DNA of 64,000 bases from the human T2T-CHM13v2.0 reference genome, Homo sapiens: the NCBI RefSeq assembly GCF_009914755.1, contig NC_060940.1; one strand, 5' to 3'. Position 1 is the stretch's first letter. Each line of letters starts with the position of its first letter. Shown here in pieces: positions 36,950-49,825 of the stretch. The notes beneath the pieces are model-generated. The model had not been told where the DNA came from. It did not search any database and was given only the letters and a program-made list of their open reading frames with translations. Made by a program: the position numbers and the translations under genes.

Positions 36950-37191
36950 AAGGGTGGATGACTTTAAGGAGTCAAAGGACCTATTTCAGTGCCTGGCAAG
37001 AGTAGATGTCCAGGAAATGTATGTTTTCGACTTCCTTCATAGCTTTTGGGGTCCTGCAAGGTGAAGGAAGAGAGACAGGTGATGTAGTGGTTTAAATCAC
37101 ACTCTAGAATGGGCTTGCTGAGGCTTGTATTCTAGCTCCACCACTTGCTTTGTGACTTTAGGTAGTTGTTAGACCCTTCTTGTCTCAGTTC

Positions 37192-38095
37192 TAAGAAAGA
37201 CAAAAGCAGCCCCTTACATCCAGGAGCTGACCTGGTACTATCGACAAGGGCTTGGAGTTGCTAGGAGCTGCCTTGGCACTCTCAGGTAGACCCTGGTGCT
37301 GTGTTGAGCATAAACAATTTCGCACTCTCAGGTAGACCCTGGTGCTGTGTTGAGCATAAACAATTTTGCACTCTCAGGTAAACCCTGGTGCTGTGTTGAG
37401 CATAAACAATTTCGCACTCTCAGGTAGACCCTGGTGCTGTGTTGAGCATAAACAATTTCGCGCTCTCAGGTAGACCCTGGTGCTGTGTTGAGCATAAACA
37501 ATTTCGCACTCTCAGGTAGACCCTGGTGTTGTGTTGAGCATAAACAATTTCACACTCTGAGGTAGACCCTGGTGTTGTGTTGAGCATAAACAATTTTGCA
37601 CTCTCAGGTAGACCCTGGTGTTATGTTGAGCATAATCAATTTCGCAGAACGCCAACGTCAGAAAAGGCCACTCTGTAACAATGATAGGTCAAGATGAAAA
37701 GAAGATCACTTTGTAACCACGTTTGTGCACAAGCCAAACATGAGCATTGTCCAAACCACAAAAATGACCAAACAGTTCCTTTTCTTGGCTAACGGGAGTA
37801 ACCTCTGTTTCTTTACCAATCACAGCTTTAGCTGTGCCTCATTCTTCATACCTTCTAAAGGAGATTTATCAAAATAGAATTACTCCCACTTCATGACAAC
37901 ATCCAACCCAGAACAAAGCCCTGCTTCCTTAAACTCTTCCTAAAATCACCTAACACGAGCCCAAATAAGCCTTTCCAACACCCCTTTACTGACATGCCTC
38001 GTGACTCCCCACCGTGTGTGCTCTCCCTCATTGCAATGAGTCCATAATCCTAAGTTGCTCAATGGCAGGTGTGACTCTGGTGGTCTTTGTTGACT
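37192..38095 (+). mobile_element. ERVL-type solo LTR (MER54-like) inserted into a MIR
   Basis: AAAAGCAGCCCCTTACATCCAGGAGCTG...CATTGTCCAAACCACAAAAATGACCAAAC...TGGTGGTCTTTG; MIR breaks at TCTCAGTT and resumes at CTGTCAGATGGGGAATAA. Confidence 0.6.
37276..37643 (+). repeat. Minisatellite, 8 x 46 bp (GCACTCTCAGGTAGACCCTGGTGCTGTGTTGAGCATAAACAATTTC)
   Basis: units start at 37276, 37322, 37368, 37414, 37460, 37506, 37552, 37598; no spacers. Confidence 0.97.
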
Positions 38096-39344
38096 GTCAG
38101 ATGGGGAATAAAACAGACCGATCTCCCTAGGGTGCAGTGGAGGTCACAGAGTTAGCATATTGCTTTGAGCAGTGCCTCCTGCATGTTGAGTAGTGGATAA
38201 ATATCTGCTAGAATTAGGATTTTTGCAGACTGACACTCAGCATCTATTTCCTTTGCTTTCTATAACAGTATTCCACATTTCCTTGGGGAGCCATCTTTCC
38301 TCTATTCTCATGTCATATGCTTTGGTTCTGATTGAGCCATTCCCATCTCTGGGAGTATACATGTTACTCAGCCCTGTCCAGTCAGCATGTTCCATTCCCT
38401 GACTGTAGTGACTGGTTCAGGGGGAGCATGTGGCACTAGTTGGTCCCATCAGAGTGTGTCCTGGGACTTACGTGGAACTCCGGGGAATGGCTTCTTCCTT
38501 TTCCAGCAGTGCTAAGAGGATATGGTCAGGGTCTGTGAGGGTCACCAAGTGGAGCCCAAAAATGAGGCTGGTGAAATGGAAGGCATACTTATGGATCTTA
38601 AGTCTCATGCCCTGTAAAATGGGGTGGGGATGGTGTCCTTTAAGAGATATTCCTACAGAGCAGTAGTTTCCTGGGTGCCAATATGGGTAATTTAAATCTT
38701 ACCATGGAAAGGAGGAGGCAAAATATGCTGGCATATTTTTCAGTTCTAGCAGTGGTGTGTTTTGTTTTAAAATGGGGTGAGTCTCCTGCTTTGCTATGAC
38801 CTTGCTGTTGTTTGGTCTCTGAAGCTTATCCCGGCAATTTAGGCTTTCCCTTGTACCCTGGAAATCATCATGATACAGGAGAGGTCACTACATGGCCTCA
38901 ACCACCAAGCGCAGTCATCTAGAAGAGACAGCAGTTAAGGTGTGAGAGTGGCCTGCCCTGTGACCAAGATGGATGATGGGGAGGGATGGGAGGCAGGCGT
39001 CTTTTCTTCCTTGCTCAGCTGGACCAAGCAAATTGAGGCCTCTTGCTGCTCTCAATGGAATTGTGTGCAGCCTTGTGGTACAGTGGATGGAGTTAGGTTT
39101 CGGAGTCCGAAAGACATGGGGTAGAAACCCTCTTACGGCTGTGTGACTTGGGGGAGACTTGCTTCCCTTGTCTGTGCTTCTGTTTACTCATTGGCAGAAT
39201 GAGAAAGACCACAGTATCAATATTATAGCACAGTCACCATAAGTAGTTTTTACCTTCTGTCTGCATCAAAATCCTTCAATTGGACACTGTGTGCTTCTCA
39301 ATTGGGGTCATATAGCAGGATATCGCAGCCTGAGACTAGATTAG

Positions 39345-39540
39345 ATGTTCTCAACCTAAGGTGATGTTGCACCTCAGGGGACGTTGGGCAGTGTTTGGAA
39401 ACAATTTTGATTGTCACAGCTAGGATGGGAGTGGTGCTTGCTGCTGGCTGGGATGCTGCTAAACATTTTACAATGGACAGGACAGCCCCTCACAAAAAAG
39501 AATGACTCCAATGTCAATAATGCTGAGCTTGGAGTCCCTG
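39345..39540. mobile_element. MER20
   Basis: GTTCTCAACC...CAGGGGAC...GGGATGCTGCTAAACAT...AATGTCAATAATGCTGAG. Confidence 0.8.
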
Positions 39541-39611
39541 GACAGGGGGAAAAGGAGATGCATCTTCTTGTGTTGTCAGTTGTCCTCGATGGTAGAAAAT
39601 TTACTTTTTAA

Positions 39612-40005
<394 letters not shown>

Positions 40006-40409
40006 TGATATTTACAAAAATTACACTCTGGGTGGGCTGCTTTGAGCTCTGCTAACTTGCTTTTCCACCCTTTGTGACTCAGAGTTCTGTAAAAGCTTCC
40101 GCCCTAGGATTGGACTCCAAATCCATAATATAGCCTGGGGTTCTTCCAGACTCAGTCCTTTGCTTCCCCTCCTGCCTTGCATCAGAAATATTCTCTGGTC
40201 CATCCACACCAAGCAAGAATGGCGAGTAACATGTTTACTATGGGCCAGCTAACATTTTACACACATTTTCTCCTTCATTCAAACTACCAGGAGTGCCTTC
40301 AGAACAGACATGAACGTTTTTGCCTTTGAGCTTGAAAGTCCTCCATGTTCCCTTTCTCAATCACTCCTACTCACCCCTCAAAACCCCATTCAGGCACACT
40401 CTCCTCTGT

Positions 40410-40650
40410 CAAGCAGTTAAGAGCATAAACCCTGAATCCAGCTGCCTATCTAGGTTTGCATCCTCCTCTGCCTCTTACTTGCTGTGTGTTCTTGAGCAGG
40501 TTGCTTCACTTCTCTGTGCATCGGTTTCCTTTTAAAACATGGGATGATGATAATATTTACCTCACAGCATTGAAGATTAAATGCGATAATGAGAGTGTGT
40601 GAAATAGTACTTGCCACATAATAGGTGCCCAGTGAGTGTTAACTATTACT
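40410..40650 (+). mobile_element. MIR
   Basis: GTTAAGAGCAT...TTACTTGCTGTGTG...GAAGATTAAATG...CACATAATAGGTGC. Confidence 0.75.
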
Positions 40651-41384
40651 ATTATTACTTGACTTTCTTTGACCTCTCCCCCATCACCATCCTATTGCAC
40701 CTGCTAGGAGCTAGGTCTCACAGGGTATTTCTGGATTTATTAGGAGGTGTTCGTAAGAGTTTGTAGAAGGAAAGAATGTGATATAGATATGTAGTAGCCA
40801 CATTTTATAGGATTGGTTGCTAAACTCAGCAAGCAAGCAAGCAAACAAACAAACAAAACAACCCAACCCCAAATAAACTTCTCAGCTCCATGTAAACAGA
40901 TTCCGCTGCCACTGAGGAAATTCTGTTACGGTTTTCCTGGGCAGATTGAGATTCTAGATAGTGTTTGGGGGCTTTTAAGAATTTAGCCTAATAAGGGGTG
41001 TTAGCTAATGATAAGGAAGGAGATCAGGCTTGGGAACTCCACCCTGGGCAGCTCTGAAATTACTGGCCCTGGAGCTGGCAGAACTCCGGAAGTCCAGGTT
41101 CATTAGTTCTGTCTGCCCAGCAATGATGGCAGCAGTAGGAATAATAATCTCTCGTATTCACAGAGGGCTTTACTCGTTCTCATTTTCGCCCTCTCTTGCT
41201 CTGTGCAGCCATTGCATGCTGGAGTTTATAGTATTACAGCTCTGCCCTGGCTGGTTGTCTGACTTGGCCAACCCTCTTTACTTGTTTGAGCCTCATTTTC
41301 CTAATTTATAAAATGGAGCCCAATACTACTTATCTTATGGGTTGTTGTGAAAAGTGAGGTTTAGATCAGAAGAGGCATAGAGTT

Positions 41385-41570
41385 GGTGGTGGGCTGTTAA
41401 ATCAGCTCTTTGAAACAGAAGCCCTGATGTGTAGTGTTTGTCAATTTCCAAGGTATACACAGTCCTTCCATGGTGGATTCCAAGCAGCCAATGTGACATC
41501 ACTGAGTAGATTTGGGAAGGGATATGTGCCATCTACTTTTCTGTGCAGCTGTGAGCTGACTCCAGCACAT
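41385..41570. mobile_element. MER63-like hAT-Blackjack element, followed by a MER102-like fragment (~41600-41750)
   Basis: AGCCCTGATGTGTAGTGTTTGTCAATTTCC...GTGACATCACTGA...CTCCAGCACA. Confidence 0.6.
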
Positions 41571-44500
41571 TCTGTTAAACCTCTTAAACTAACTCTGCTT
41601 TATTAGTCAGTGGCTTCCCGATGTGGTGCTGAGAAAGATTCTGAGGCTGTGTCTGGGAACAGAGGAAGGGGGTAATTAAATTCATTATGGCTGTCTGCCA
41701 TGGCTGATGGAGGAGAGATGGCACATATATGTAGGGACTTATTATCCCTGGATTTATGAGACTGTATGCAAAAGTCCTTTCAGGGTTTGACACCCAGTAG
41801 GTATTCAACCAATGGTACATATTGCAACTGGGCGAAGAGACAAGGATCGTTTCTTGTTTTTCATACATTGGCACTTGCTGAACACACAGGCAGCAGTTAA
41901 CTGTGCCAAGGGTTGATAAGTGCCACCGAAGCACAAGGCAGTGTGGTGTAAAGGACAAAGGTTGGGCTTTATGACCTGGGCTGGTATTCTAGCCCATTGG
42001 TCATGCGACCTTGGGAAAAATGGCTCATCCTCTCTGATACTCAGTTTTCTCACCCACAAAAAGGAGACATTACTGGAGAGATTGAATATTACATCCATTA
42101 AAATGAAGCGTGGGAGCTATCGCTGGTGTGTTTTGTAAGTGGCGGTTTCCTTTCCCCTGTTCACTTTGAAGCTGCAAGTGGATTGTTGACCCGTGGCCAA
42201 CTCAGTGCCATAAACCCTGAAAATCCTGGTAATGATTTCCAAGCAGCAGTAAAACTCAGAATCACTCACACGACTTCTTGTCCCACTTAAAATTTTCCCT
42301 GAGTTATTCTTTTCCTTTTGCAAATAGAAACAAGAATACAATGGAAAAAAGTGCTACCTACCCAAACTCTGCAGGTAAATATCCATAAGTAGTTCAAGCC
42401 TAGGAACGGCCTTCAATGACGGACAGGGCGGTTTTGTTTTTGTCACATGCCGGGTTCATTATAATCCTTGGAAAAGCAGGTTCCCAGAGAAATGCTGATA
42501 CAGCTTGTCTCTGTGTTGCTATGATACATGCAAAGCATCACACACAATTAGATCCTGAAATACGGACCCAAGTTTTTAATTACCGAGTTCCTGCCTGTCT
42601 TGCAGGGGAGCTTTGGTCACTGTGTACTGATAAGTGCTGCCTTTTGTGTTATTTCCTTTGTGGATAACAAGACTAATTGATCCCCACAATTTGGCTTCTT
42701 TTTATTTGGAAGGTGTAGGCAGGAACTTGGGCTCAAGTTGAGGAGCCAGTTCCTCCATGAAACAGACTTTCAGGAGGGCAGTGAGGGGCAGGCAATGAGG
42801 GGTGCAAGATTCGAGCGTGCAAACACGGAGTGGCACTCACTGTTAACTCTGTGTGTATTTATAGAAGTCATTTAACTGCTGTGGTTACAATGAGGACTTT
42901 TTCCTTGGCTGATTTGATCGAGGGGTCTATGGTTTTGCCTTTGGGATGCTAGTGGACACGTAAATCACACGGGTGGGTGGTGTCCTGATAAATGCAAGAT
43001 TCTAAGTGAGTTGGTCTAAGGTGAGGGCCGAGACTCTGCATTTCTGTCTAACAAGTGCCTGGCTGATGCCAATGCTGCTGGTTTCTGACCCAGTCTGTAC
43101 TTTGAGTAGTTGAAAGGAGCATGAAAGCAGTTTGGAAAGTTATTGTACCTTGTAAGGCATTTTATATGGAAAACACTAACATAGAAATTTCATCAGCTGC
43201 CTAGCTAGATAATGCTTACTATGTACCTTGGAGATACCCAGTGGTGCACTAAGATTGGAGGCAGTGACCTGGATTGTAACTCACTGATGCCTCTGGGCAG
43301 TAAAGGGAATAGACAGTAAGGGCATTGGCCCCAGAAAGACCTGAGTTGGAGCCCTGGCTCTGCTCTTTTATGGATGTGTGATCATAAACAAGTCAGCTCT
43401 CCTGTCTTGGCCTCAGTTTCTCTGTCTGTTACATGGGTATGACATCACCATCCCAGGGTGGGTTGAGAGGTTAAGTAAGATGAAAAGTGTAGTGGCTGTC
43501 CCAGTGCCTGGCTCATGGTGGACCCTCCTTCAGCACGTGTCACAGGTGCACACTGCTTGAGAGTCCCCACCCTCTGTGACACTGGTTCCTCAGGTCAGGG
43601 CTCAAAGGGGAGGAAGTGATGGCATCTCCGAGGCAGCCTTCAGCTCTCACAGCCTTGGTCCAGGATGGAGTGATCTGACTCTCCAGGGACCTTGCAGGCT
43701 GTTCCTCCTAAGTCAGCAGAAAGGGCTGCAGTGATGACAGCCCAAGCCTATCCCAAGTCTCATTATCCACCCCAGCATTCCTGCCAGCCGTCAGCAGGCT
43801 CCATTCCCATGAAGACCAGTGATGCTTGCACCAAGGCCAGTAGCCTTTGAGATTCCTGAGTCAGAAAGACCTAGGTCTTAAACCTCATCCAAGAGCCTTG
43901 GTCTTCTCATCTGTAGAAGGAGGTTAATCTTGCCTGCCTTGCATTATCATGTGAGGATCAGAGAGGATCGTGATGAAAATCAGAGTAGCTCCCTCCTTCC
44001 ATCCGCAGCACTGGGCTCAGAGCTTTGCATGGAGCATTTGAGTCCAGGCCTGAGACTCCCACAAGCATTAGTCTCATTAAACTGCCCAGTTTACAATAGA
44101 GGGAGCTGAGGCTCAGAGAGGTTAAGTAACATGCCTGAGGGCACACAGCTGGTGAGGGACAGAGTCAGGATTTGAATCTAGAAGCCCAACTCCTGGGAGT
44201 TAGAAAAGCCAGCAGCTAGGTGCTACTGGCTCCCAACTTGTTTTTTTCCAGAATCTAACATGGGAGTGACAGGCAGGGCTGGGCCGGGGTGGAAAGAGTA
44301 CCACTGCTTGATGAGGGTATTAACATACGCAAAGGCATCTCTTTTTGATGACTTTGTGTCTGGGTCCTCTGGGCTTATTGTTACATGATCTCTCCAGCAC
44401 ATTTTAATCAAATATTATGGTTGTGTGATCATAAGAAGGTCAGCTCACCTGTCTTGGCCTTGCTTTCCCTATCCCTTAAATGGAATGATGTCACCCTCCC

Positions 44501-46093
44501 TCGATGGTCAGAGGGTTAGTAACATGATGGATGTAAAGGACCTGCTGGTCAAGGTATTATGTTAGCAGCTGAAGAATATGCTCAGTGAATGTCTGTACTC
44601 CCTGTGCCTGTGCTCCACTAGACCCTGACTCTCCAAACTCTCCTGCCTTGTATGTGTCTAAGATAGCTTGGGCATAGTTAGGGTTTCAACATTTGGAAGG
44701 TGTCATATTTGAGCAGCAAGACCTGTGCCCAGGTTGTCTCCAGTCCTGACTGTAGCCTGTGTTGTCAAGGAGAAAGATTCAGGGGCCCTGTCAATCTTTC
44801 TAGCAGGAAAGAAAAAAATCCTTAAGACAGCAGGGCCGTAGACAGGGCAGGCAGGATGATGGGCAGCTGCAGAAGCCAGCTGGCTCTGCAGCCAGTCTGT
44901 GAGGCAGCAGCTACAGCTTCCTAATGTTAAGGAGGCCCGGCTTCCTGGAGTGCCACTGCGCATTGCAGCAAGTCATGACTAACAAAGCTGTCAGGGGGAA
45001 GGGCTTGTTTCCCCCAGCGCACATGTCTCACCAGCTCAAGACTTGTCACTACAGTTATGCCTTTGCTCTAGGCACATGGCCTCTGAAACACCCTCAGGAA
45101 CCCCCAGGCAAGGAATATACAATATCCATGTCTCTGGGAGTTGGGTGAGGGTGCATTAGGCCAGTATGTGGAGCAGCTGGGGTGCAGGAAAGAGAACAGA
45201 AACTTGGAGACTGACTCCAAGCAGCTTAAAGCTGTCTGGCCTCAGCTTTCTCACCTGTAAAATGGGACCAAACACTTTGATTCACAGAGGCAGTGTTATA
45301 GAGGGCAAGAGCCTGGCACGTCTGAATTTGTATCTTGGCTCAGCCACTTGGAAGCTGTGCACCCCTGGGAAAATTCCTTCACCTTTCTGAACCTCAGGTT
45401 GTTTTTCTGTAAAAAGGGGTCTAATGATGGCACCTAGACCTCATAGAGTTGTTATGCACATTAAAATAATTAAAATAATGTGTGTAAAATGCTTAGCCTA
45501 TTGCGTGGCAAACAATAAATATTTTTTCCTCTTATTCATGAAGTTGTTCATTTATTCCTTCCAGGCACTGGGAAGGGGCTGGGGATGCAAAAGCAAAAAG
45601 ATCAACAAGAGTTGAACAGACATTTCAAGAGTTTTTGGGAGAATTAGCTGAGAAATGCATGTGAAGGACCTGGCTCCTGTGCTCAGGAAGCCCTAAGGGT
45701 CAGTTGAGGCAAGTCCCTGTATGCTCATCCATTCCTGTCCCCTGAAAAACTAATAATAATGAGATCTGTGCCAGGGATTGTTAGAAATGTTAATTCACTT
45801 AATTTTATGATATAGAAGGTGTTATTATCCTCATTTTGTAGATGAAGAAACTGGGTCACAGGGAAGTTAAGTAACTTGCCCAGGGTTACAGAGCTGTTGG
45901 ATGGTGGAGCCAGGATTATAAAGCAGGTAATCTGGTTCCCAGGTCCTTGCTTTTCACTCCTCCACCAGACAGCTTCTTAGGATGGCAGGCTGGGCTCTTG
46001 ACCTTGCTTTCCATGCCCATCTCCTATCCACTGGCTGCAAGGTCCATGCTGCCCCCAGATTGAAGCCTTAAGAGATGCCTTCTCCAACTTGAG

Positions 46094-47935
46094 TCAGCTC
46101 AGCTCAGCTCAGCTCAGCTCAATTCAGCTCAGCTCAACTCAATTCAGCTCAGCTGAACTCGGCTCAGCTCAGCTCAACTCACCTCAGCTTAACTCAACTC
46201 ATTTCAGGTAAGCTCAGCTCAGCTCAACTCAACTCAGCTCAGCTAAGCTCAGTTCAACTCAGTTCAGCTCAGCTCAACTCAACTCAGCTTAGCTCAGCTC
46301 AACTCAACTCAACTCAATTCAGCTCAGCTAAGCTCAGCTCAACTCAGTTCAGCTCAGCTCAACTCAATTCTGCTCAACTCAACTCAATTTATCTCAGCTC
46401 AGCTCAGTTCAGCTCAGCTCAACTCAACTCAGCTTAGCTCAGCCCAACTCAATTCAACTCAGCTAAGCTTAGCTCAACTCAGCTCAGCTCAACTCAACTC
46501 AGTTCAGCTCAGCTCAGCTTAATTAAGCTCAGCTCAACTCAATTCAGCTCAGCTCAACTCAATTCAGCTCAGCTCAAGCCACCTTAGCTTAACTCAACTC
46601 ATTTCAGGTAAGCTCAGCTCAACTCAATTCAGCTCAGCTCAGCTCAGCTCAACTCAATTCAGCTCAGCTAAGCTCAGCTCAACTCAGCTCAGCTCAACTC
46701 AGTTCAGCTCAGCTCAACTCAACGCAGCTTAGCTCAGCTCAGCTCAGCTCAGTTCAGCTCAGCTCAGCTCAGTTCAGCTCAGCTCAACTCAGTTCAGCTC
46801 AGCTCAACTCAACGCAGCTTAGGTCAGCTCAGCTCAATTCAGCTCAGCTCAACTCAGTTCAGCTCAGCTCAACTCAATTCAGCTCAGCTCAACTCAACTC
46901 AATTCAGCTCAGCTAAGCTCAGCTCAACTCAATTCAGCTCAGCTCAACTCAGTTCAGCTCAGCTCAACTCATTTCAGCTCAGCTAAGCTCAGCCCAACTC
47001 AGCTTAGCTCAGCTCAACTCAGTTCAGCTCAGATCAACTCAATTCAGCTCAGCTTAACTCAGTTCTGCTCAACTCAGCTTAGCTCAGCTCAACTCAGTTC
47101 AGCTCAGCTCAACTCAGTTCAGTTCAGCTCAACTCAGTTCATTTCAGCTCAACTCAATTCTGCTCAACTCAACTCAATTTAGCTCAGCTCAATTCAGCTC
47201 AGCTCAATTCAACTCAACTCAGCTCAACTCAGCTCAGCTCAACTCAACTCAGCTCAACTCAACTCAATTCAGCTCAGTTAAGGTCAGTTCAGCTCGACTA
47301 AGCTCAACTCAATTCAGCTCAGCTAAGCTCAGCTCAACTCAATTCAGCTCAGCTCAACTCAGTTCAGCTCAGCTCAACTCAATTCAGCTCAGCTAAGCTC
47401 AGCTCAACTCAATTCAGCTCAGCTCAACTCACTTCTGCTCAACTCAACTCAATTTAGCTAGCTCAGCTCAACTCAATTCAGCTCAGCCAAGTTCAGCTCA
47501 ACTCAGCTCAGCTCAACTCAACTGAAGTCAGCTCAGCTCAGCTCAACTCAGCTCAGCTCAACTGAAGTCAGCTCAACTCAGCTGAGCTGAGCTCAACTCA
47601 ACTCAACCCAAGTGAACTCAGCTCAGCTCAATTCAGTTCAGCTCACCTCAGCCTGGGTAAGCCCAACTCAACTGAACTCAATGGAAGTCAGCTCAGCTCA
47701 ACTCAACTCAGTTCAGTTCAGTTCAGCTCAACTAACTTCAGCTCAACTCAGCTCAACTCAACTAAGTTCAGCTCACCTCAACTCAGCTTAGCTCAGCTCA
47801 ACTCAGCTGAACTCAACTAAGTCCACCTCAACTCAACTTGGTTTAACTGAACTCAACTCAGCTCACCTCAACTGAACTCAGCTCAATTCAACTGAACTCA
47901 ACTTGGCTCAACTCAGTGCAGGTCAACTCAACTAA
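46094..47935 (-). repeat. ~1.85 kb pentamer satellite (GAGCT/GAGTT/GAATT/GAACT)n on the minus strand
   Basis: AGCTC/AACTC/AATTC/AGTTC units in strict 5-bp phase to ~47460, then a 1-bp phase shift and a more degenerate tail. Confidence 0.97.
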
Positions 47936-49485
47936 AGCAGAACATGTACCAAGGGGATCCTCAGATGTGAGTGACTACAATGAATGATGAAAAACTTGGG
48001 GTCCATATTATATGCTTGTTTTATTCCCTTTGGCTTGATGGGAATCTCATCTCGCTCATTCATGTAAAATAATACCAAGACATTATGTGAGTACACTGCT
48101 GTACAGTTTACAAAGCCCTTTTACATATGTAGCTTACTTATAACTATGTTTTCTAAGCCAAGCCAGCTTGGAGGTAGGTAAAAAATGGGAGGGACTGCAT
48201 GCAGGACAATTAATAATAATACCTACTATTAAATGGACAGCTACTATGTGCTAGGCACAGTGCTAGGTACTTAACAAGCATGATCTTGTTAATCTGGCAA
48301 CCTGGAAAGTGAGATTATTCTGGGCATTTTACAGATGAAGGAACTGAAGTGTGGAGAGGCTGAGTAGCTTTTCCAAGTCACAAAGCTATAGGAGGTGGAA
48401 TGGTCGGCTTTCAAAGGCCATATCTTTTCTGCAGTTCCACCCTACTCCCAAGAGCTCACCACTATCTAGGGAAACCAGTCTCCATGTCTCTGAGAAATTA
48501 GGGCTCAGAGGACAAAGGATGACCAGGGTTATGTCTTTCCACTACTTGTGAGCCAAGAGCTAAAGGAACTGTAAGCTCCATGCCATAAAGGTTTTGAAAG
48601 AGCGAACTTCTGGAACTCCCACTTTATGGACCTAGTATGATTTCACTCCTTACCTAAACATATCCTTGCTGAGCTGACACAATCCCTGCAACCTTCCATT
48701 CTTGCTGATGGCTGTCTTAGAGTTTGGGCTGGAAGAACAATTGCAGTGCCTCTACCTCAACCTCCTTCTTTTCAGATGTGCAAACTATGGCCACAAGAGA
48801 CAAATCCTTAGAGCAAGATAGATGAGACACCAGAGCTCAGGCCTCTAGCATTTGCTGGGGTTAATTAAGTCAAAAGCCTGAGAAGGAAGGAGGATTGAAA
48901 TTCGGCTCTTAAAAATGAACATCAATCACATTATTGATCCTTTCTTCTTTTCCTTTTTCCTCTTTGTGTTTGGGATTCCTGGATCCCAAAGCCTGCTTAC
49001 TGCAGGCTTCACACACAATAAAAACCATGTTAATTAAAATGCCAGTTTACATCAAGAAGGAGACCTTGTTGTGGAAAGGGTGGAACCCATCAAATAAGCC
49101 TGGAAATGGTGTTCTGCTGAGGTGGGGCTCTGTGACATCAAAAGGGAGACGGATTTTGCTGAGAATAGATATTCAAGAGCCCATTCATTTTTTCCCTTTT
49201 GTCTAGATTCAAATTCTCATTTCTGCTATTTTGAGGTGTTCTCTGTGAGAAGTGCCATGGCTTAGTGGCTTGGTGGAGAAGCCATTTCAGTGTCAGATTA
49301 GAATTACTTGCTCACTATTGATGGTGTAACCTTGGCCGTGGCTCTTAACTTCACCAAGCCTCGTTTTCCTCATTTGGATAATAATTCTCAACATGCTGGG
49401 GTTTCAGAAGGATTAAATGAATACATAAGAACCAGCATTACTCTACAGTTGGTTATTTATTATTATTATTGTTTTTGAGGGGGAA

Positions 49486-49825
49486 TGTCTCAGTCTATTC
49501 AGGCTGCTATAACAGAACACCATAGACTGGGTAGCTTATAAATGACAGAAGTTTGTTTCTCACAGCTCTAGAGGCTGGGAAGTCCAAGATCAAGGTAGAT
49601 TCAGTGTCTGGTGAGGTCCCACTTTCTGGCTTATAGTGCCATCTTGCTGTGCCCTTACATGATGGAAGGGGCAAAGGACTTAGCCTCTTTTATAAGGACA
49701 CTAATCTCATTCATGAGGACTCCACCCTCATGATGTAATCACCACCCACCTCCAGATAACCTCCCACTAAGACTTAGGTTTTAAAATATGAATTTTGGTG
49801 TGACACAGAAATTTAGTCCATTGCA
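49486..49825 (-). mobile_element. MLT1A-type MaLR solo LTR
   Basis: TG...CA termini; 5-bp TSD GGGAA/GGGAG; GAGGCTGGGAAGTCCAAGATCAAGG. Confidence 0.85.

Noticed and set aside
37276-37643. CRISPR-like array
   Set aside because: Units are head-to-tail with no unique spacers, inside a primate LTR; no cas genes.
46200-46615. TTTCAG|GTAAG splice-like motifs within the pentamer array
   Set aside because: No pyrimidine tract; the two copies come from one internal block duplication.
46094-47935. Bona fide IgH switch region or HSat2/3 satellite
   Set aside because: No Ig constant-domain ORF or GGGGT/GGGCT units nearby, and no CATTC/GGAAT units.
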